From contig CAZCME010000019.1 of assembly GCA_964499705.1 (NCBI GenBank), forward strand, positions 62,001 through 86,224: 24,224 nt of DNA, given 5' to 3'. The notes under the pieces are model-generated. The model did no database searches. It saw nothing but the letters and a program-made list of their open reading frames with translations, and had not been told where the DNA came from. The stretch's first letter is position 1, and each line of letters begins with the position of its first letter. Made by a program: the position numbers and the translations under genes. Positions 14,501-23,500 of the stretch are shown here, one piece after another. This stretch comes from an uncultured bacterium (GTDB taxonomy: Bacteria > UBA8481).

Positions 14501-17500
14501 TTGGAGAGTTCGAAGCCGTAGTTGGCGTTGTTGTACGATCGATTGCGGATAAAGAGGCAGCCTCGCGCGCCATCGACGAGGAATCCGTCGTCGGTGTTGC
14601 CTTCGCTCCGGTTGTCCGCGAAGGTGCAGGTATCGGCGCCGAGTTCCGTCGCGATGCCGCGGTATCCGTTCTGCCTGGAGATATTGCCGAGGAAGCTCTG
14701 CTGGACAATGCCGGAGAGATAATATCCATACGACGCGTTCAGATCGCTCATGGTGTTGCGGATCGTGTTGTCGAGGCCGCCGCTGATGAGGAACCCGTCG
14801 AGACCGTGATTGTCAGATCGGACGCGCTCTATCGTCGCGGATTCCACTCCGCCGTTGAAGAAGATGCCGTTGTAACCGCTCGTGATGCGGAGATCCCGGA
14901 AGGTCAGGCGGGAGACATTGGCGGTGAAGATTCCGCGATAGGCGGAGGCCGTCGTGTTGTTGAAGGAAATGACTGTCGTGATCGAATCCATCCCGATGAT
15001 CCAGATCGAGCTGGTGTCGATCCGGAACGTGTCGGGCTCGTAGTAGAATCCTCCGTCGATATAGACCGTATCGCCGGTCGTGAGAAAGGGCTCGATGTCG
15101 TTAAGGGTGCGCTTTGGTTGCGACGGGAGCTGTCCGGAGTTCGCCGAGTTACCGACCGCCGAGGTGAACGAGTCGCCCGACGTCGAGGTGTCGTTGACGT
15201 ACCAGGCGTTCGGGCCGAGCGTATCCTGAAGCGAAGTTCCAGACACGATCGAGTCGGAGTAGAAGGACTGGTTTTCGAACGGAGCGATGTTATCGAACGT
15301 CGTGACGCGATAGAAGAAGGTCTGGTTCGGGGAGAGGCCGGTATCGTCCAGCATCTGCACGCCGGGTGTGCCGCCTCGGAGGATCCATCCGGTCGAGTCG
15401 GCCATGTTCGACCGGTAGACGCGGTATCCGGCAAGCGCGACGGAGGATTCGGTCTCTTCGCTCGATGTGACCGTCGCCCACGTGATCCGGATCGAACTGG
15501 ATCCGAGCGTGAACGTCGCGACGGTGTCTGGCGCACGCGGCGCGACGGTGTCGGCGAACAGCGCGGTGTCGACGATGCCGAGGCGGAAGGGGTGATACGC
15601 GATGGAGTCGCGTCTGGCGGCCGGCCAGATTTTCGCCCGGAGCGACCCGGAGTCGGACGTGCCCCACCAGTTCCTGCGCAGATCCTGCGGGTTGGCCGGA
15701 CTGCTGAAGAGGACGGAGTCCGGGTTCGCGATCGAACCGGCAAAGTTGTTCTTGTGGAAGGTGTCGGTCGTCGAGGAGCCTTCGATGCTGACGGCCCATG
15801 TCGCGTTCGAGTCGCTCGTGTTCTGCTCGAAGATGTTGTTGCTCGACGAAAGCAGGCGGAAGCCGATCGTCCCGTTGCTCGTCACACTGTTCCTGACCAT
15901 GCGCGACGCGCTCGCGTTGTTGAAAAAGAAGCCCGTCGAGCCGTTACCGATCGCGATGTTGTCGGACAGGACATTCTCGGCGCCGAATCCGAGCGATCCG
16001 AGAATGAAGCCGGAGAGCCAGTTGTTTCGCATCGTGGAGCCCGAGATCTGGTTGCCGGAAGAGCCATCGATGGAGAAACCGTTGCCATTGGTTGCGGCTT
16101 CGCCGAGGCAGTTCGTGACGGTGTTGAAATCGGAGCCGACTCGTAGCGAGAAGCCGTTATCCTTGTTGGCGACCGTCGCTACCCGCAGGAGCGAACTGGA
16201 GTCCACATTGGTCCACGTGATTCCGACGACGCCCGCGCGCACGCGCAGATCCCGGATCGTGATCCCGTTGACGCCGGAGCAGTGGAGAAATCGGTTCGAG
16301 GGAACCGTCGTGTCGTTGAAATCGATGACCGTGCTCGCCGAATCGACGCCTAGGAGCCAGAACGCGTTCGTTTCGAACGTGATCGTGTCGGTTGCGTAGT
16401 AGATCCCGGAGTCGATGAGGATCGTGTCGCCCTCCGAGACGAGACCCTCGAGGTCGTTCAGTGAGCGCTTGGGGAACGCGAGCGACTGGCCGTAGTTGTA
16501 GGAGTCGCCCATGGCGCCCGTGTAGCTGTCGCCGGAGAGATCGGTGTCGTTCACGAACCAGAAGTTGGCGCCCGTGTGCGCGACCGGCGTTACGACGAAG
16601 GGCGCCGAGTCCGAAAAGAACGACTGGTTCTCGATCGACTGGCCGTCGACCGACGAGATGCGGTAGAACGCCGTTTCCTGTGGCGCGAGTCCTGAATCGG
16701 TAAAGACGGTCGTGCCCACGGTGATTTGACCGCGATAGACCCAGAATGTGGAGTCGAGCATGTTCGAGCGATAGACGCGATACGCGGAGAGAGACGGCCC
16801 GAGCGCCTCGGATTCTTCGGAGGTCGTGACCGCGTTCCAGAAGATCCGCGCCGTGTTCGGTGACGATGGCTTCGCGGAGACGGAATCGGGCGCCTTTGGC
16901 GCGACGGTGTCGACTCCGGCGGAATCCACCGTGCCGAGCCGGAAGGGAACGTAGAGGATCTTGTCTTGTCCGGTTCCGCCGAGCTTCTTCCGGATGAGAG
17001 AGGAATCCGTCGTTCCCCACCAGTTTCGCGTGAAGTCGAAGGTGTTCGCCGTCGGATTGTAGACGCCGGAGTCGGGATTTTGGGGCGACGTGACGATGAT
17101 ATTCTTGCGGAACGCGTCGTTGTTGCAGAGCGACCCGAGCGCGAAGGCGTACTGGACGTTCGAGTCGGCGACGTTGGCGTCGAGTATATTGCCGGTCGAC
17201 GTGTTTGTGATATTGAAGCCGTGGGCTTGATTATTGCCCGCGAGGTTGCGATAGATAAAGTTGTTGTCGGAGTTGTTGGAGAAGTTGAATCCGCACTGCT
17301 GATTGAAGAGGCTTTTGTTGTTGATCCAGGTGTTACCGGTGGAAGTCCCCTGGCTGAATCCGTGATTCGTGTTCCGGGAAGAGATCGAATTCCGGACCGT
17401 GTTGTTGTTCGCGTTTCCGATATCGAGCCCGATGCCGACGTTCGATGTGATCTCGCAGTTGTTCACGGTGTTATTGGAGGCCCCGCCGGAGATCATGAGC

Positions 17501-20500
17501 GTCACGGAGGCGCCGATCGATCCGCAGTTCGAGAGCCGGACGCCGTCGATGTTGCAGTTGGTGGTGTTAAGGAGCCACACACCGCGCGCCGCGTCGCGGA
17601 CGGCCAGGTTCTGGAGCGTGCATCCGAAGACGGAGTTGAAGTAGAGACCGCGGCTTCCGAGAACAGATGTGTCGTCGAAGTCGATGGTCGTCGAGTTCGA
17701 ATCGACGCCGATGACCGAGATGTTGATTGTGTCGATCCGGAACGTGTCCGGTTCGAAATACGTGCCGGCGTCGATGAAGACCGAGTCCCCTTGGGTGAGG
17801 AAAGGCTCGATCTGGTTCCAGTACAATTTCGGGCAGTCGCGCGCGAGACCCGAGAGCGTCGTGTCGCCGGCCACTGTGGTGAACGAGTCGCCGGATGTGG
17901 AGCCGTCGTTCAAATACCAGACGTTCGGCCCCATCGTGTCCGTGGTCGTCGTGTCGGACGGGATCGAATCGGAGTAGAAGGATTGGTTTTCGCACGGAGA
18001 GTGATTGTCGAAGGAAGCGACGCGATAGAAGAAGGCCGAGTTGTTAGGGACGTTGGAGTCATCGTAAAGAAGCGTCGCCGCGGAGACCGTGCCCCGAAGG
18101 ACCCATGACGATGTGTCGCTCGTCGGAGCGCGGTAGATCCTGTACCCGGAGAGATCGACGGAAGATTCGGTTTCCTCCGAGGCGACGACGGCGTCCCACG
18201 TGACGCGGATCGTGTTCGGGTCGCATGTGTGCGCGGAGACGCTGTCCGGCGCGCGCGGCGCGACCGTGTCCGCGAGCGGCGCGGTGTCGACGATGCCGAG
18301 GCGGAAGGGGTGGTACAGGACCGAATCCCGCGTATTGGCGGGCCAGATGCGGTTGCGAATCGTCGCGGAGTCTGACGTGCTCCACCAGTTGCGCGAGAAA
18401 TCGAAGCGCGCATTCGACGTGGTAATGCAATAGACGCCGGAATCGGCGTAGGAGGAGTAGATGGACGGGATGATGACGTTCTTATGAAACGTATCGCTGT
18501 TGGAGGTTCCGCTCAGTGAAAACGCCCAATTGGCGCTGGAATCGACTGTATTCTGGTACACGCGATTGTTGCTCGAAGTGGAGAAGGAGAACCCGATACC
18601 GGAATTTCCCGAGGCCGTATTGGAAATGATCGTATCATGGAATGATGATGAAAACGCGAAGCCGCCGCCAGAATTCAAGAACGAACTGTTTTGGAGCAAG
18701 GCCTCGTTGTTCGATGCGGTGATCGCGAAACCGGAGCTTCCGTTGCCGGTCGAAATATTTTCGATAAAAGTGTTTCGGTGACTGGACGAATTGACGTCGA
18801 AGCCGCCGCCGGCGTTCCCGGCGGATTTGTTGCCGGCCAGGATATTGCGCTGGGACGCATTCAAGAGCCATCCCGTCGAATTTCCTGTCGCGAGATTCTG
18901 GAGGAACGCATTCGAGTCGCTTCCGTCTCCGGAGCTGTTATCGATGTAGAAGCCGTAGAGGCCGTGTGCGTTGGAGCGAATCCTTTCGAACAAAGAGGAA
19001 TCCGTCGCGCTCAACCAGATGCCCATGCGACCTCCCGTCACGCGAAAATCGCGGAAGACGAGTCCGTTTCTGTTCGATGCGTACAGGGCGCGCAAGGCCG
19101 ATGCTGCCGTCGAATCGAATTGCAGGACGGTGCTTGTCGAATCGACTCCGAGAAGGAGGATCCCGTTTGTGTCGATGGAAACCGTGTCCGTCAGTTGGCA
19201 GGTTCCCGAGTCGATGTAGACGGTGTCTCCTTCAGAGAGAAGCCCTTCGATTTCATTCAATGAGCTTTTCGGATACGACGGGTGTTGCCCGTGGTTCCAC
19301 GAATCGCCGATGGCGCCCGTGAAGGTGTCGCCCGCGAGGGAAGAATCGTTCACGAACCAGGCGTTGGCACCGGCATGGGAAAAAGGTGTCGTTGCGCTCA
19401 TGATCGAATCGGAGAAGAAGCTCGCGTTGACGAATGTCGCGCCGTCCAGCGTCGAGACGCGGTAGTAGTGCGTCTCGTTGGGCCCGACTCCGGAATCGAT
19501 GAAGTTGTCCGCGACGCCGGTTGCGCCGCGGAGCATCCAGTAGTTCGAATCGATCGCGTTGGACCTGTAGACGCGGAAGCCGGCGACGGCGGTCGCGGAT
19601 TCCGGTTCTTCCGAAAGCGTCACGCTCTTCCAGGTCACGCGAACTCCGGTCGGCGAAAACGCCTTTGCGGCGACGGTGTCCGGGGCTTTCGGCGCGACGG
19701 TGTCGGCGCCGATGGAAGTGTCGACGATATCGAGGCGGAAGGGGGCGAAGGGTACTCCATCGACAGCCGAGTTGATCCGCGCAGCGATGACGGCGCTGTC
19801 CGTCGTTCCCCACCAGTTGCGGGTGAACTGGAACGGCGAGCCCGCCTGGTTCCAGACGCCCGACTCCGGCGTGGCACTGGGAAGGATATTGTTCTTCTCG
19901 AATGTATCCGCGCCGCCCGAACCGAGCCGGATGGCGTAGTCGCCGCTACCGTAGATCGTGTTCTGAGCGAAGTAGTTGTTAGAGGTCGTGATGTTGAAGC
20001 CGTAGATACCGGCGTTCGCGGCCGTGTTGCCGATGAAGCGATTGCCGGGGCCGGAGATGAAGAATCCGTTGTTGGCGGACTGCGAGACGAAAACGCGCCG
20101 GAAAACGTTGTCGTTCGAACCGCCCTGGAGCAGGACTCCGTGCGTGGTGGCGTTGTTGATGACGATCTCCTCGAAGAGGCTGCTGTCTCCGGTGACGCTC
20201 AAGCCGTTGTTTCCAGGCGCGTAGATGAGGATGTAGCGGACCGTGTTGTTGTCCGAGCCCGTGCTGAACTCCATACCCACGGAACTGGACGTGTCGATCC
20301 GGATCCGCTCGATCGTCGCCGAATCGACGTTCCGGAGAAGCAGGCCATTCCGGCTGTTGCTGATCTCGAGATCACGTATCGTGATGGAGCTGATGCCCGT
20401 GCAATAGATCGTCCGCGCGGCGGCAGCGGTGTTCAGGTCGAACCGGATGACGGTGGAGGCGGAATCCATGCCGATGACGAAGATCCCGTCCGTATCGATC

Positions 20501-23500
20501 GAGAAGGTGTCCGACTCGTAGAAGAAACCTCCGTCGACATACACCGTGTCACCCGCTGTCAGGAACGGCTCGACGTCGTTCAGATAACGTTTCGGACTGG
20601 AACCGGACAATCCGTAATTCCCGGATAACCCGACCGCGGATGTGAACGAATCTCCGGACGTCGACGTGTCATTGACGTACCAGACGTTCGGAATCGCCGT
20701 GTCGATGACCGTGATGACGCCCGCGTTCTGCCGCGCGGATGTCGGGCCAGTCTCCTCGTCGAAGGAATCGATGACGAAGGCGGGGATGCGCGCCTGGAAC
20801 GTGTCCTTGTTCGTCGCGTTCGGAGCGAAGTCCACGGCGATGAGGAATGTGTCGCCATTGGCGCCGATCGGAATCGCCGCCGCGAAGGTGTCCCATCGGC
20901 GCGGATCGAGTGTGTCGCCGTAGAGTAGTGACACAAACGTGTCCACGCCCAGGTCGAACCGCAGGTTGGCGTTGGCGTCGCGGGCCAGCCGGACGGCGAG
21001 GATGTCGTTCGTATCAAGATTGCCGTCGCTTGCCAGGGTGAAGCGCGTGAGAGTGTCGCCGCCCGCAGCCGTGTCGGCCAGGATGTAGAGCGCCATGACG
21101 GTCACGCTTGGGACTCCTTGCCCGACAGTAACCGACGGAATCGTGTCCGCGATGACGACGGTGACCGTGTCGACCTGGCCCTCGCCGGGGAAAAAGTGCG
21201 AGAAGTGGTTGATCGCGATGGAGAAGGAATCCGCCGTTCGGATGTAGGATGCGGCCGACATTCCGGAGTCCGATTGCGTGACATCGTACCAGTCGCTGTC
21301 GCCCGTGTTCAGCCAGAAGAGTCCCGTCCGATTCGGATTCAGTCCCGTGTTCTTGAATTCGAACGTGAGCGTCGGCGACTCGCCGAAATTCCAGTAGGTG
21401 TCTGGCCGTTTCGCGCCGGTCGAATCGAAGACGGTCACCTCGAGGCGCCACGGAGCGCCGTAGGAATAACCCCGGATCCGCGACGTGTCGGAGGCGCCGA
21501 ATGTCGCGTCCGTGACGCGGCGAACCCGGACGATGTTGCCGGTATCCGAGAACGGAATCTTTACGAGCCAGGTTTCGCGAAAGTCCGGAGCACAGACGGT
21601 GAGCGAGAGCGTATCCGCGCTCGACTGGCCGAAGTGGACGGAGTTGTTCGAGTCGAGGATGTTCAGAACGAGCGTATCATACTGGCCGGTGACACCCGGT
21701 GGCGCGGACGTGTCGGCCGTCAAGCCTCCCGCCGCGGCGGACGGGATCGAGTCGGAGTAGAAGGACTGATTTTCGGTGACGGTCGCGTCGAAGGCCGCGA
21801 CACGATAGAAATGCGTGACGCCCGCCGTCAGGCTGGAATCCGTATAGCTGTTCGTGTTTCCGGTTCGACCCCGAAGTTCCCAGAATGTCGAGTCCGCGGC
21901 ATTCGAACGATAGATCGCGAATCCCTGGAGCGAGACGGAAGCTTCCGGCTCCTCGGATGCGCTGACGTTCGACCACGCGACCTGGACCGTCGTCGCGGAG
22001 GCGCCGCTTGCCGTGACCGTGTCTGGCGCCTTCGGTGCTACCGTATCGCCGCCCGATACCGTGTCGACGACGCCCAGTCGGTACGGCGTGTAGACGATCG
22101 AGTCGCGCGCCGCCGGCGGCGTGATCCGGCCGCGGATGATCGAGGAGTCCGTCGTTCCCCACCAGTTGCGCGTCGCGGCGATACGGGCGACGCCGGCATG
22201 GTAGACGCCGGAATCCGGGCGGTATGACGGCGGGAGGATGATGTTCTTTTCGAATGTGTCCGACGTCGATCCGATGTCGATGTTGACGGCCCAGCCATCG
22301 TTCGAGTCGACCTGGTTCTGCGCGAAATAGTTTCCGCTCGAGGAGCCCACGTAGAATCCTTCGCCGTAATTCCTCCGGATGATGTTGGAACGGAACGAGT
22401 TGTTGTCCGACGTCGACGAGACCGAGAAGGCCGTGTTGAAGTTGTCCTCGACGGTGTTTCCCGTGAAGACATTAGACGTGGAAGTCGACATCACGAAGGC
22501 GGCGCCCGAGTTGGCGTGGAGACGGAGATTCGCGAAGTTGTTGGATCCGGACGCGGCGAGCTGGACGCCGAAGGCGGTGTTGCCGGTGATGGATCCTCCA
22601 TTGAAAGTATTGTTCGAGGAAGCGTTGATGATGACGCCGTTGGCGCCGTTGCCGGACGAGGCGACGTTCAGGAAGAGATTCGCGTCGGAGTTTGTCGTCA
22701 AGCCGATGCCGTGGTCGGCGTTCGTGTCGGCGCGCACGTTCCTGACCGTCGAAGCATCGACGTTCTCGAACCAGAGGCCTCGGAATCCGTTGCCGACGCT
22801 GAAATCGCGGAGCGTCAATCCCGCGACGTTCTGCGCGTAGATGGCCCGCGCCGGGCCTCCGCCGCTCTGATCGAACTGGATCCTCGTCGATCGGGAATCG
22901 ACTCCCACGAGGAAGATTCCGCTTGTGTCGATCCGGAACGTGTCGTTCTCGATGAAGATTCCGGAGTCGACGAAGATCGTGTCGCCCGCGGAGAGTTTTC
23001 CTTCGAGGAAATTGAGCGTCCTGAAGGGGGACGAGCGGAAGTAACCGACATTCGTGTCGGCGCCCGGGGCGCTCGTGTAGGAGTCTCCGGCGGTGGAAGT
23101 ATCGTTGACATACCAGACATTCTGACCGGTCGTATCCGGCGTCTCCTGCTGGACGGCGTTCCAGAGGAGATACCTCGAGGTCTGCGCTCCCACGCCGTCC
23201 CCTCCGCCGATCACGACGAGGCTGTCGCCGATTCGTCCTCCCACCGGAAACATCCGCGCGGTCGGCAGCGAAAACTCGGGAGTCCAGGTGTTGCTGATGA
23301 CATTGAAGATCGTGACCGTGCTGGTTTCCGTGCCGAGCCTCGAACCGCCGATCGTGTAGATCGAGTCGCCGCTCGTGATGAACAGTAAGCCCTGCCGGAA
23401 GGTCGTCATGTTCGTTTTCAATGTCCAGGCGCCGGTCGCAGGATTGAAGCTGCGCAACGAGCGCGTTTCATTTCCAGCCGCGTCCGCTCCACCGCCGACA

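Noticed and set aside
14248-16146. 632-aa plus-strand ORF and other long plus-strand ORFs (754-1815, 6613-7800, 16966-18108, 19282-20628, 21118-22227)
   Set aside because: They are codon-aligned antisense shadows of the giant gene, Arg/Val/Gly-rich with no recognisable domains, as expected opposite a GC-rich CDS.
5056-23127. Recurring 25-30-bp motifs as a CRISPR array or DGR template/variable repeat
   Set aside because: Spacing is ~1.3-1.5 kb, the copies are degenerate and encode conserved peptides, and no cas or reverse transcriptase gene is in the window.
5056-23127. Calling the gene nosD, a specific pectate lyase, or a phage tailspike
   Set aside because: Only the beta-helix fold signature is shared. 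There is no nos operon or phage context, and I identified no family-specific catalytic motif.
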